This document shows positions 14,365 through 28,109 of a DNA stretch of 64,000 bases, piece by piece (position 1 is the first letter of the stretch; each line of letters opens with the position of its first letter). The stretch covers positions 33,562,728 to 33,626,727 of the forward strand of contig NC_068982.1 in assembly GCF_001194135.2 (NCBI RefSeq). Reading direction: 5' to 3'. The notes below the pieces were generated by a model. That model was not told where the DNA came from. It was given only the letters and a program-made list of their open reading frames with translations, and did no database searches. This DNA comes from Octopus bimaculoides (Eukaryota). Position numbers and translations under genes: made by a program.

Positions 14365-14949
14365 CATTGTTCTAATTCAGCAACCTCTCTTAAAGTCACA
14401 TTTCTATGCCTCTTTGTTTCTCACATTAGAGAAAGTGAATGTGCTATTATCAGTCTCTACAAGCTTATATCCACACTACCATCTTGATTCACACTGCAAT
14501 CCAAAATTCCTTATGCCTTTGGTGCTCTCATGACAAAAGATTGGCAAACCTCTTACTTACAACTTTTCTCCTTGGTGACTATACTCAATATCCAGTTTTG
14601 CTTTTAGCTACCCATTATTGCAACCACCTTCCTCTATTTCTTCCATTCTTTCCAGGCCTGTCTCTTAGCTTTTATAATTCTATCTAATATAACATTATTC
14701 ACTGGCCAATTGCTTTACATTTAGATTGAAAACTATAAAAGCAAAGTATAATTATTTTTAATAGACGAAATAAAGTTAAGCATATATTTTCAAATGAATA
14801 AATATAATCCATCATAATAAAAATTCCAAGAAACTGCCTACTGCTCTAAGAATAATACCATTAATATCTCAAATGTATGAGGTCAAAATGATATAAAATA
14901 TATGCACACACAAACACACCCAAGCACATGTATGAATTCACAGATAGCA

Positions 14950-14990
<41 letters not shown>

Positions 14991-15692
14991 TGTATATGTG
15001 TGTGACAGAGAGAGAGTATATGCATATACATATGTACGTCTACATAGATATATAGATATACACACATACACACAGATGTATGAGTGTGCATGCATGTACA
15101 TGATCAAGCCTGATACACAAATAAGATATATACATGCATTAATATATTATTTACTCTCATTGGTAGCAAGAATCTAGTATTCCTCTTGCACAATTCACAA
15201 AACAAGTCTGGCAGGTGCTAATTTACAAGTGTTAGCTACAAAATGGCTTCCTTGGTGTGAACAGCTCAGTTATTTAATGTACAACAATGATTTTTAAGAC
15301 AAATGCACATTCTCAGCTAAGAAGACATACATATAATGAAGAATACATCTATTTTGTATAAAGATATGATATTATTTATAATCAAATTTATTTATTTGTC
15401 TTTGTTTCAGTTAACATCAACATCTTACAACTATATTCAATTACTACAAAAGTCTTGAAAATAAGACAAAAAAAAGGGGAAGAAAGAAAAAAGCTATTTC
15501 ATTCTAGGTTTGAATATTTGTTTAGGTATCATCTTTGATTACCTATCCACACATAAGGATGTGATATTCATAGTTTTCAAAGGGCTTCTTTAGTGATACT
15601 AACAATACAAAATAGCTACAACTTGGAATCAAAAACTAAGGATGTGGACTTGGTTCATGAAAAAAATCACCCCTAAACCTAAAATCACTTAC

Positions 15693-15728
15693 CTCCATTA
15701 TTAATTATAATAAATATTTCATTTTTAA
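15693..15728 (-). CDS. Possible 36-nt symmetric phase-1 microexon
   Basis: ttcatttccttcaaatgctacag|TTAAAAATGAAATATTTATTATAATTAATAATGGAG|gtaagt. Open in phase 1 (xKNEIFIIINNG). Very AT-rich, so could be chance. Confidence 0.25.
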
Positions 15729-15789
15729 CTGTAGCATTTGAAGGAAATGAATAGTATGTAAATATTGGGTTAAAACCCCTTTCCATTTT

Positions 15790-15980
15790 TATTTTTTACT
15801 CGTTTTAGTCACTAGACTACAGCCATGTTGGGGGCACTGCTTTGACAAAATTTTTAGTTGAACAAATTGACCCCAGTACTCATTTTTAAACCTGGTACTT
15901 ATTCTATCAGTCTCTTCTGCTAAATCGCTAGGTTACTGGGGACATAAACAAACCATCACTGGTTGTCAGGTGGTGGTGGA

Positions 15981-16060
<80 letters not shown>

Positions 16061-16170
16061 ATGGGCTTCCTTCAGTTTCTGTCTACCAAATCCCCTCATG
16101 AGACTTTGGTTGGACTAAACCTGGAACTATGTGGTTGGGAAGCAAACTTCTCACCACACAGCCACCTAGA
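15790..16170 (-). mobile_element. SINE family A copy, reverse orientation, with internal (CA)n
   Basis: Reverse complement of the family A tail and head. Confidence 0.8.
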
Positions 16171-16899
16171 TATAAAAAGTCAATGGCTGCCAGTATACTT
16201 GCTGTTATTAACAATTTTATCTGTTTCAAGTTCTACACTTAAAAACAAATTGCTTCACACTTTCTCCTAGTTTCTAAATTCTAATGACAAACCATATTAA
16301 ATATTACTCTGAAGTACTAAATATAATTGAAAACACATCAATATTATTGTTGTTATTATTATTATTATTATTATTATCATCATTAATAACTAAAATATAA
16401 GTACAGATTGAAATATTCAAATTTTCTCTGAAGAAAACAACATTGAAAAGATTAACAACCAAAATTCAATAAGGTTCACAGTGTGCTCATTCATGAAGTG
16501 TTTATTAAGGAAGCACTTTCTTTTCCCTATCATAAAAAAACAAATCTCATACGGAATAATTAATTAACAGATTTGCAAGATCATTCAAAGCAGTCAGAAA
16601 ATTAACAAACCAAAAAAAAAAAAAAAGCTTGCTTTTAAAAACATGATGCAAAATCATACAAGAGTGAATGTAGTACCATATTGAGAATAGTTGAATGCAT
16701 TTAGCTGCCATGAAAGAAGCATTTTGTTTCTTTGCTCATGTCAGTTATACAAATAAATGCTTTTCTATTCTTTATTTTTAATGATTTTCTTTTTTTATTC
16801 TAAAAGTGCTTTCTGTTGCTTTAGATATAAAAAATGCATTGCTCATTTTTTTCCATATACATAATATAATACACACACACACATAGACAATCTATGAAT

Positions 16900-16941
<42 letters not shown>

Positions 16942-17829
16942 GTGTGTGTGTGTGTGTGTGTGTGTATGTCATGATATACAAAAATTCCCCCCAAACACAC
17001 ACACATATGTGCATCATATATGCATGGATGTGCACATATACATATAGATTGCATGCCTAAAAATAAAGGCTAAACAAACAGCTGCTTAAATCAATATGCA
17101 CACCTACAATACATTACATTCGGTTCAACAACATATAAACAGATTTCCTATGTACTGATAAACAAATATGTATACATGTAACATCTATAAAAAATATATT
17201 TCTCAAAATAAATCTAAAATCATACATACATATGTATAGAAGTATATAACTACTTATGAAGTATTATTATGCATGACAGAACAAAAGAGATAAAAAGGTA
17301 ACTCATGCTACTGTAGAAAATGGATATGAAATAATGATCGTGATAATATACATACTATACACTCACATATACACAAATAATACAAACACACACAGACATG
17401 CACACACACACACATAGTGTACTGTTCTGTTATTGATGGGAATCAACAAAAAGGTTATCAATCCAGCAAGAGATGAATATCATTTAACATACACAGGATT
17501 TAAATTTGAACTGCTATAAGTTTCATGCCCTAATAGTACAATAGTTGTATATGTCTATCAATAAATGTGTGTGGAGGGTGTGGGTATGACACAGTGAAAA
17601 TAAATATATACATGTCACACACGTGTGTATGTATATATACACACACACACAAAGCAAATAAACAGATCCTTTGTTGATTTCAATAGTAAATATTTCAGTT
17701 GCTCAATCCCCTAAATCACCTAGACATTGTATTAACATGTGTAGTTCAATATTCCACTGACACATGTATCCTTAATGTAATCACCATGTAGAACCAGTGT
17801 GACAGAAAGGGGTCTTTAAATTACAGGCA

Positions 17830-20200
17830 CAGAATCAACAAGACAAAAATGTTTCTTTGAATTGCATATGCAGTGAAGCATATTCGACTCAATTCTTTGC
17901 AGCCCTTACATATCATCTGCCTTTAATGCTCATCTCTCACTACCATACAGCATTGCAATATCCTCACATGCATCATACAATCTGCCTTTCATTAAAAGAG
18001 AGAATTCTTTGTAGCCACCAAGCACCAGAGGTAAACAGCTTCCATTACCTCCTAACACACATACATACACCCCACTAGCTCTGATTACTATTATTTCAGA
18101 ATATTCACTTCCACTGCTAATTAGGCCACCGAAAAAATAAGAGCTATCAACTACTTCTAGGGACCCTCCTATGCATCTGAAAGAATTTGTTTCATGGGTA
18201 CTTTTACTGCTAAGTATTGTTCACTTGCTACATATGAATAATTAGTTGTATGTCAACCTGCCTATATAACCCACTACACCTGTGAACCCACAGTTTTTAT
18301 TGGGTGCATTGTATAGAAATCCTTATCTACTTCTTTTCTGCATATGGAGCACAGTCACTCCCCAGATAACTGAAAAATCCTATCTTCTTTCCTCCTAACT
18401 AAAACGTTTATCTTGGCTAGATTTACTTTGAGGCCTCTCAATTCTGTTTTGCTTATGGATTTTATTCACAAAATTTTCAACAGATTCAGTTCCAAGAACT
18501 AGGTCATAGGTAAACAGATGTTCCTACAAACAGCTTGTCTTAAACTGTATTGTTATTGCTAAGAGAAAAGACGTAGATGAACAAGTTAAAATCCTTGCTG
18601 AACTCACTGCAAACTCTCACCTTACTGACAGCATTCTTGTAAATGGCTTGCATGGCTCTCAAAAGCCATTCATCTACACCTAGTAATTTTTAGAGCTCAC
18701 AAGACCACAGTATGTGATACCCTGTCAAAAGCATTCTCTACAGCAACAAACACCACAGTGGCTTGCAAAGAACGTCTATAATCATTCCACTAAGAAGAGG
18801 GGAAAGATCGGTACAAATCCAAATTGCATTTCATTTGAGCAAATTCTTTTCCTAATCAGTTCTGCTAGAACTCTTTCTGTAAAGAAGAGACACATGTGAG
18901 ATGGAAGTACCTGAGAGGCAACAGTATGAGATCATCCAACACTAAACACAATGAGAAGTGGCAGCATGTCTATGAGCCAGAGATCAATTTATGTTAATAA
19001 ATAACTTCATACCAATCAACCAAGTGACCTATTTTTTTTTCTGGATGTGGTCTAGGTTGTTGTCTAACCTGATCCATCAGTTAGATCCCTCTATAGCTGC
19101 TTCTTTCTAGTACATCTCCTTTACTTTTATTGCAGATGGTGATGAAATTATTATGTCAGTCGTTGAGTATAACACCCTCCACTAACATCTGGTTAACTAT
19201 ACAAGTAACTAATGCATGTCCTACATTACTGGATAATCCCAGTGTCTCAGTAGGCATCAGTGATTATCTGGCTTCATGTCTACATCCTTAATGTCTATAT
19301 CAACCATATAACAGTCAATTTGAATGATTGGGCCTTTGTTGGATTTGTTTGGAAGGTAGACACACACACACTCTCATTCTCTCTCTCTCTCCTGATTCAG
19401 CAACCTCATGTAATAGCATTTGTTATCAGCATCAATAAGGGGCATATATTCCACTATCATTACATACACACTTCCCACCAACAACGTTCCCCATTCTTAC
19501 TGACACAGTTTTGTAACAGTACACCTAATGTTTCTGATTCTCTCACAAAATACCATTAATGAACCCCTTACTTTCTGCTTTACTTGCTGAGTATACTTGA
19601 CACTTAACATCACTTCCAGGTACGTAATATTGTTCCTTGCCACCTTTTTTTCTTTCATCCTTTCCAGGTTTAACTTTCAGCTTGCATAACTCAACCTGCC
19701 AGCCAATCTCATTACCTTATCACAAGTAGTGACAAAGAAGTTACTGCTATCTATAATTGAAGTAAATTGTAAGAGGGCCTCATAGAAACTGTTCATGCCA
19801 TGGTTGTAGCACCAATGTAGAGATCACAGTTGCTGTCATATTGCCTATGTATAGTCTAAGCTTCATTATTATCACATACTCTGACTACCTCAGTTACTTC
19901 TTTATCTAGCTGTTTCTCAATTAACAATATCTCTAATCCACCTAACCCAGCACTGTTACTCAACTTGGACATATGTTCCACCCTAGCAAGGAGTATATCA
20001 GAGACTACACACCTTTTTTTACCCTTTGTACACACACACACGCACACACACACATACACACATGCAGCACACAACTACTAACTACCATCTAGTATCTCTA
20101 CATTCACTCTGTTTCTCTCATACACAAACAGCATGGTGCCGCTGCTACTGCTAGGCACAAAGAAAACCTAGACCACATCTAAAGAAAGGTCACTTAATTG
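17830..20200 (-). mobile_element. Old, heavily decayed RTE LINE (endonuclease and RT remnants)
   Basis: Minus-strand remnants include ILLIEKQLDKEVTEVVRVCD (APE-like) and gagaatgcttttgacagggtatc (AFDRV). Boundaries are approximate. Confidence 0.7.
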
Positions 20201-21125
20201 ATTGGCACAAAGTCAATTATTCACACACCCTAACCTCTGACCCACAGACATGCTGTACATTTTTCTCTATCCTTTTTCTACAGATATTCAGTGTTGGAGG
20301 GTTCATAACACATTTTCTTGGGTGCTCCCATTTCACACATGTCCCCTCCTCTTCTTCACATCACCCCACCAGACCACACCTGAACCACTAGCACCAGCCC
20401 TCAACAATTCTAACCCTATCGATATTTTCCTTAAATATCATTGATTTGCAAGTGCTCAAGAGGAACGTAAGCCTTGTCAATTTTACAAGCCTTTCAGTTA
20501 GAAAGGGCTTGTGAAGGCCAAGGTCAAAGTCAGTTTCTAGACGAAATCAATAAAAAAAAAATCATCTATAAATACACACACACAAATACATATACACACA
20601 TATGTACACATTCACTCAAAAATACATATATACACATATACATACATGCACATATATACATATATTTATATACATGCAAATACACACACACACACACTTG
20701 CATACACACAAATATACGCATACAAGCAGCTACATATTTATCCATGCATGAGTGTGTATAAATATTTATATTTATGGACTAGTCCATGTACTCGTGCTAG
20801 TCCACAATTATGGATTAAATACCTTTACATAATACATAATCTTTATCTTCTCCTCCTCCCCCACTGTCTCTTTCTTTCTCTCTCACTATGTATATATATA
20901 TATATATATATATACATACATATGCATGCACAAAATAAACACACACATACGCATAAAGCAAGTGATACAAAATTATGGTATAAAGTAAAAACCAGGAAAT
21001 TTATAGCAATGCTGCAGCTTGGTCAAAACTGCAATGACTTTGAATTAAGCAAGGAATATATACAAATGTAATGCATGCATACATACAATGGAGTCCATTC
21101 ACAGAAACAAAGAGAGACAAACACA

Positions 21126-21162
<37 letters not shown>

Positions 21163-21305
21163 GCATTCACTTTTCAAAATTTCAAAAGCTGTACCAAATA
21201 TACCGTTCCAACCATGTACCACAATATNNNNNNNNNNNNNNNNNNNNNNNNNNNNNNNNNNNNNNNNNNNNNNNNNNNNNNNNNNNNNNNNNNNNNNNNN
21301 NNNNN

Positions 21306-21346
<41 letters not shown>

Positions 21347-21480
21347 ATATATATATATACACACACACACATACATACATGCACACATGCCTATACATAT
21401 ATATATATACACATACACACACGTGTGTGTGTGTGTGTGTGTGTGTATAGATATAGATGTTTGTGTGTGCATACGTGTGT

Positions 21481-21514
<34 letters not shown>

Positions 21515-21741
21515 GTGTGTGTGTGTACATATATTTATATATATAGGGAGAATTCACAAAAAAAAACAAAAGACGAAGACAGGTGGTGTAGATAAGTATA
21601 TAGACAGATAGATAAATAGATAGACAGATAAATATGAAGATACAAATATATTATGCACTCATATTGATCAAACAACACACACACACTTACAATGTTGATT
21701 TTTGAAATTGATGGGAATGAATAATTGAAAGTAATACTCAC

Positions 21742-24069
21742 TTAAAACCATTGGAGATTTTTCCACTGGCTCCTCACTAGTTTCTCGCTCTTCGAGTAAT
21801 GTGTCCAAAACCCCAAGAGAACCAAGATCACAGTTGTTATTGAGAAGAGACGAGATAGTGTGGCCATTACTCAGGGGTTCGCCTTTCAATATCCTATGAG
21901 TACCGTACTCCTGGAAAGGTGAATCTGAACTGACAGCTTCTTGTTGTGCTTTCGAAAATGTATTGTTAGTAGAACCACAGTCACCAAGCACAGCTTCCGG
22001 AGGCGGAGCTGACACGGGAGGTGTAGGAGGAGTAAGAGCAGCTGAAGCTGTAGAAGGAACAGGAGGAGGTGAAGGTGAAGAAAGAGGTGGGGATGGAGTT
22101 GTTTGGCTCTTAAATAGTGGTGACAGTGGCTGAGAACTGATAGCTGCTTCTGAATTTTCTCTGGAGCTTTCCACAGAAGTCAGCGCTGCATTCGATTCAG
22201 ACTCTAATATTGATTCCGTGTTAGGTGCAGCATGCTTCTCTGGAACTGTCGATTCAGTTGGTGTTTGATGAGACACCTGAAGAATATCTGGGTGTTCACA
22301 TTCACAGTTAGCAGACAGACAGACTGAGCAAGTAGACTCAGTAATGACTAAGCTAGGCTCTGTGTTTGCTGTATCTGTAGTTGTAGAATCTGCTGGTGAA
22401 TATATTTCCGAGATTGGAGGAGTTGAAATAGAAACAGATGACAACCCTTCTGAGAAAGTATCAATGTTTTCAGGGGTTGTAATGGAAGGTTGAGGATTTG
22501 TGTCAGGAATTTGAGATGTAGAAACAGTGGAGGCTTCAGAAGAATCAATGGACATATGAGGCACTGTAGTGGCAACATCAGATGCAGAAGTGGTATTGAA
22601 CTGTTTGGCAGCTGTATCAGAAATTGTAACTGGAGGGTTTGATACATCATCAGTCTCAGACACAGATTCTGGCGACACAATGGTCTCAGCTTCAACAGAT
22701 GGGATTTGTGAGACTGGGATGGAAGTTACTGACTCAATTGCAGCAGAGTCAGACGCTGGAGATGTCAATGATTCAGTAGTAACAGAATCAGGCATCGTGC
22801 TTGAAGTTACAGACTCACTAGTAGAAGATTCAGGCATTGTAGTAGAAGTGACATCCTCACTAACAGAAGAGTCAGGGTTTGTTGTAGAGGTCACAGGCCC
22901 ACTAGTAGACGAATCAGGCACCGTGGTGGAAGTAACAGACTCACTAGTAGATGATTCAGGCATTGTGTTGGAGGTCACCAACTCGTTATCAGGAGAGTCA
23001 CATACGATCTCATTGCTCTCAGATTCAAGAGCAGGAGATTCAGAAATCACAGTTGAACTTTCAATCTCATTAGTAGAGAAATTGGGCATTACAGTGGATG
23101 ACTCAGCTCCAGTCACAGAGGAGCTTAGCATTTGAGTAGGCTCAGTTGGATCAGTGGGGGAAGAGCAAGTTTTTGAGGTGGAGACATCTGTTAATGCAGG
23201 AGTATTCAATTCCAGGCCATCCACTGCATCTGCTGATTCTGAAATTGCAGATGTCTCATGCACAAGAGAAGGCTCATTAGATGTTGAAATGGTTAATTCT
23301 GTATCATTTACAACAGAAGTTGTACATTCAGAACTAACATCACCAGTGTCAAAGATTTTAGAATCAGCTGTGCTTTTTGTTGGAGATATACTGCCATCAC
23401 TGTTATTACAAGCTGTAGTTTCGGCAGATATAGCAGTTGCATCTGTGGTACTGGTTGTAGTCACATCAGCTAGTGGAGTTTCCTGAGTTGAGAAATCAAT
23501 AATTTCATCAGAAGCCTCACTACTTAAGTCTTCCTCAAGAAAATGATCAACAGCACCTGCTTGGTTAGCTGCAACAGCTGACAACTCTGTATTTTCATTC
23601 TCTGTATCAGCACAATTAATACTTTCAGAATGGCTATTCGATGAAGACATCTCATCACAGGTTTTTATTTTGTCTGTTGTTGTAACAACTGATGTGCTTG
23701 CTTCAGTAGCACTACCAAGTTGTTTCGTAAGAGCATCTTGATCTTCTTCTTCTATATGCAGTGTTGATTCTTTCTCAGCAACTTCATTTCCTGCAGCAGC
23801 TGTACTATCTGTATTTACATCCAAAGCTGAGACACTCTTCGTGGCTTCTGTGTTAATGGAATGGTCATTGATATTCACATCAATAGCTGCATCATCTTCA
23901 GTTGATAATATATTAGCACTAATTTTCTCCTCCTCAGGTGTACTTTTCAGACTGTCTGCTTTTTCCTTCTCTTCTTCATTTTCATCTAGACTGGGAGTAT
24001 TTTTAAAGGAATCACCATACTTTTTATCAACACTTGTTTGTATATCTTCACCTTCATTGTCTCTCTTAC
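21742..24069 (-). CDS. Giant internal exon, 2328 nt (776 codons), symmetric phase 1-1; acidic Ser/Thr/Pro-rich, probably disordered
   Basis: Acceptor tttttttttag|GTAAGAGAGAC at 24069 and donor ATGGTTTTAA|gtgagt at 21742. The frame is open throughout and extends the 736-aa ORF upstream (KRDNEGEDIQTSVDKKYGDSF…). The ORF-track tail beyond SPMVL is intron read-through. Confidence 0.9.
22730..22978 (-). repeat. Coding 42-nt (14-aa) tandem repeat, 5 good copies plus a degenerate one
   Basis: VTSNTMPESSTSES / VTSTTVPDSSTSGP / VTSTTNPDSSVSED / VTSTTMPESSTSES / VTSSTMPDSVTTES / LTSPASDSAAIES. Confidence 0.9.
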
Positions 24070-24215
24070 CTAAAAAAAAAAATTAAATATCTAAATATAT
24101 ATATATATATAAGTATTCACATGTGTGTGTGTGTGTGTGTGCACGTAATATGTAATATATGCGTGTGTGTGTGTGTGTGTGTGTGCACATAATATGTAAT
24201 ATCTGTAATATATTC

Positions 24216-24247
<32 letters not shown>

Positions 24248-25409
24248 ACATTTAAATATATATGCATTCCAAAGTGTGTGTGTAATTAAATTTATTAAAT
24301 TATTTAAACAATGACATATAAAGATAATTTTATTAAAAGAAGCAAAATAAAAACATTTAAGTAAAACTGATCATTAAAAAGGAAAATGATTAAGGAAAGA
24401 TTTTTTTTTTTTCTGTTCATGAAATTTTTTTATCAGAGTACTGATAAAAGCAAATCACATTTCTCTTACTTTGAAGTATCTATAACAACACTGTACTCCA
24501 CTGAGTACAACAGACAGTAATACATAGGGTACAATATAGAATAATGTAACCAAAACCTCTGTGAGCAGAGGACCCATGAAGAAGGAAAATAAGACAATTC
24601 AATATTAAATTGCCACTTATTTTTAAACAATAGTAATTCTTTTTTTGGCACATGGATAACTATTTATAGGTGAGTAAACATATCGATTACATCAATCCCC
24701 CAGTACATGACTGGTACTTTATTTAATCAACCCTGAAAGAATGAAAGACACAGTTGACCCCAGGGGAATTTCAACTCAGAACATAAGCTGGAAGAAATGC
24801 TAATAAGCATTTTGTCTGATGAAATAAAGATTCTGCCAGTCTGCTACCTTTTTTAATAATGATAATGATGATGATCCTTTCTCTTACAGGCACAAGGCCT
24901 GAAATCTTGGTGGAAGGGAGCATGAGGTAACAATTTCTGTGTAGTTAGTTAAGCATCTAGTTCAGGATTTCAGAAACTGAATAAAACCCATTTTTCAAAC
25001 ATATGTGACAGTAATAACAAGTTCCACTGACTCTCTCCATGGTTATGTTGTTCATCAACCAACCTCAGTAGTTGATGAAGAAGCATAAAAAGCAATGACT
25101 TCAAAGTGATTTGAATTTCTTCTGTGTGATGTATGTTAGCTAATCAATTAACTTGATTGCTAAATGAGGATGCAGGTATGGTTGAGTGGTTCGAAAGTTC
25201 ACTTTGCAACCATGAATTCTTGAGTTCAATCTCACTACATGGCATTTTGGAAATGTGCATGGGTAATAGTCATAATGTCAGGTCAACACTGGTCTTGAAA
25301 GTGAACTTAGATAAACAAAAACTGTATAGATGCTCACTGAATGAACTGCACCAAAGATCAAGCTCTGCTCCACTTGTGACACACTAATTCTGCTTATGAA
25401 TTGTTAAGG

Positions 25410-25800
25410 TGTAGACATAGATGCATGGTTAAGAACTTACTACACCTTGGGCAAGTGTCTTCTACTATCTATAACCCCAGACTGACCAATGCTTTGTGAG
25501 TGAATCTGATAGATGGAAACTGTGTGGAAGCCCGTCACATGTGAATGTGTGTGTGTGCGTGTGCGCGCGCATGCATGCGTGCATGAGTTTCTTTCTTTGT
25601 TCTGTGTTCATCATCCTCATCTTTTGGCAAATGGTTGGTTTGATTATATCTCTGTAACTTACCAGTTCAGCAAAAGAGACAAATAGAATGAGTGCCAGAC
25701 TTAAAAATAAGTACTAGGGTTGATCTGTCTCACAAAAACCCTTCAAAGCAGTGTCCCAGCATGGCCACAGTCCAGTAGTCAAAACAAGTAAAAGAAAAAA
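25410..25800 (+). mobile_element. SINE family A copy upstream of the giant exon
   Basis: accttgggcaagtgtcttctactat…ccagcatggccacagtccagtagtcaaaacaagtaaaagaaa. Confidence 0.8.
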
Positions 25801-25829
25801 GACAACTGCAAAATGCCCAACCATTTCTC

Positions 25830-26260
25830 ACACTAATCCAATGAGCAGACCATCCAGGTGATTGAACACTTATACACTCTCATGTCAAAATCAACATGTG
25901 ATCCTTTCACTGCTGGGTATGGGAGATGTCAGAAGAAGTTCTGAACAACCTGTACATATGTTTTCAAGAAACAATAACTGGCACTCCGTCAGTTACAATG
26001 TTTAATGTCCAATGTCTAAGTGGCTGAGCATTCCACAGACATGCGCATGCTTAATATAGTTCTCAAGGAGATTCAGCATGACACAGAATGTGACATGGTT
26101 GACTCTTTGAATTACAGGTACCACTCATTTTTACCAACTGAGTGGACTGGAGCACCATAAAATAAAGTGTCTTGCTCAAGGACACAACACACCACTGGCT
26201 ATCAAACTCATGATCTTACAATTGTGAACCACATACCCTAAACATGAACCCATGCACCTT
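25830..26260 (-). mobile_element. SINE-like family C copy
   Basis: Minus strand gtgtccttgagcaagacacttta and ctgaatctccttgagaactata. A partial relative lies near 17720-17830. Confidence 0.6.
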
Positions 26261-26766
26261 CATTAGAGATACAATAACTAATATTATATATATATATAAA
26301 CCATACAATCCCTCGAATGCATACACATCTCAAAGACAAGAGATCCATAAGAGTCAACAAACTTTATCACTAATTCAGGTATGGTAGAAGTTATGAGAAG
26401 CTAAGAGACTCCCATTGAATCAGTACTGTGAAAATAAACAGTGGTTATAACAATGCACTAAGTATTTTACTGGTTTCAACCAGCTACAACCAAGCTGGAG
26501 TACCACCATGGCATATCTTTTCCATAATTCCTCTTGTTTATAACTAGTAAAATCTATCCCATGTCTTTTACAGTTATTTATCATTTCAAATTTTCAGATA
26601 AACGAGGAAGAAAACGTTTAAGGAAAATCTAGGAATATAAGGTATCACCACTAAAGTAAATTGCACAAAGATTACTTTTTCAATCTGCAATCAATATATA
26701 CATTAACTTCTGAAAAGCCACTCCTCACCTCTCTTTCTATCTACCTATCTATCTATCTATCTCTAC

Positions 26767-26831
<65 letters not shown>

Positions 26832-27625
26832 GTATCTCGTTCACTCTTTCTGCCTCATGCATACACACACACCTGTACACACACATACACACAAACATGC
26901 TTAAATAGACAATTAAAAATCCCCAGATATACTAAATAAAGGTAGTAAGATAATTAAACATCATCACCACTGCCATTTCTATGCAATTAATATTGAAACC
27001 TTTGAAACTTTATAATACTCTTGTATCTATTATAAACTATTTACTCTGAAGATTGAATTCTGTTTATAAAGATTTTGGGCGATATATCAAATAATAGCTT
27101 GCTCTTAATTTATATAAAACAAAATCAGTGATTTAGGAGCTTTGATTGGCTAGTTTTGTTCTACACAAAACAAACAGCAGGATACTGAACTTACTCTTCC
27201 ATTCCTAGTTCGCAAAAAGGAACAATAACAAGATAAATAATCAGCAAGTTGGTAGGTAGTCAGAAAAGAAGACTGCACAATAATTAACTTTCTTAAGGAA
27301 AACTGATATTTAATGGCAGATGACGGGAGGGTGGCAGTGAGAGTATAGGCAAAAACAATAAAGCAAAATATTTTCTGAAGAAAAAGACAAACAAGAAATG
27401 CAATGTAATAATAGCTCCAAAGCTAACCTGAAAGATTTGAAGAGAAGAAAATCATTGTTTCTTGAAAAGCTTTAAGGATTTCTAATAGAGAAAATCTAAA
27501 TAGATTTGCCAACAGTGAATGTTCATTTTTTTTTATAAGATAGACATACATAATTAATGTATAATTTATGTTATAATTAATAAAGCTATTGAATATATTG
27601 CAATGAACCATATTGATATTCTTAC

Positions 27626-27721
27626 CAAGATGTATGACATCTTCCTGATCACATTCAATATCCAGTTGTTCTTCTTTTGCTATATCAATTTCAATTGATT
27701 TTAGAAGTTCCATATCGCCAC
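27626..27721 (-). CDS. Internal coding exon, 96 nt, symmetric phase 1-1, same gene
   Basis: gtttaatttctag|GTGGCGATATG...CATCTTG|gtaaga. Encodes GDMELLKSIEIDIAKEEQLDIECDQEDVIHL and splices in frame into the 24069 exon (…HL-G-KRDNEGE…). Confidence 0.8.
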
Positions 27722-28109
27722 CTAGAAATTAAACAGAAATAAAAGAAGTTGACACTATACTGTAAAAGAGTGATTTGAAAACTTGAAACCTTAATAATTT
27801 AGCAGAATCAATAAAATTATATTACAATATATAATAAGATCCAATGTACACAAGGATTTATCTCAGCTTGCTAATCACCTTGGAGTAGCCATGGTAGTCA
27901 GAAAATTATTGTAAAATATGAAGTGATAGGTTAAGCTATCCAAGTAACAGGTGAACAGTTAAAATGTAAATAGACTTTTTATTTTGTATGATGCAGGCAT
28001 GGCTGTGTAGTTAGAAGTTTGCTTCCCAACCAAATGGTTTCAGGTTTAGGCCCACTGCAGGGTACCTTGTGCAAGTATCTTCTACTATAGCACCAAGCTA
28101 ACCAAAGCT

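Noticed and set aside
20080-20160. ggcaccATG with a weak phase-1 donor as an alternative first exon
   Set aside because: Better explained as the decayed start of the RTE endonuclease domain.
21668-21741. C-terminal part of the 736-aa ORF (SEYYFQ…KCVCVV)
   Set aside because: It lies beyond the gtgagt donor and runs into (TG)n; intron read-through.
22569-23135. 188-aa plus-strand ORF, and others at 23154-23486 and 23841-24086
   Set aside because: Antisense shadows of the Ser/Thr-rich exon. The codon bias and repeat leave few stops on the opposite strand.
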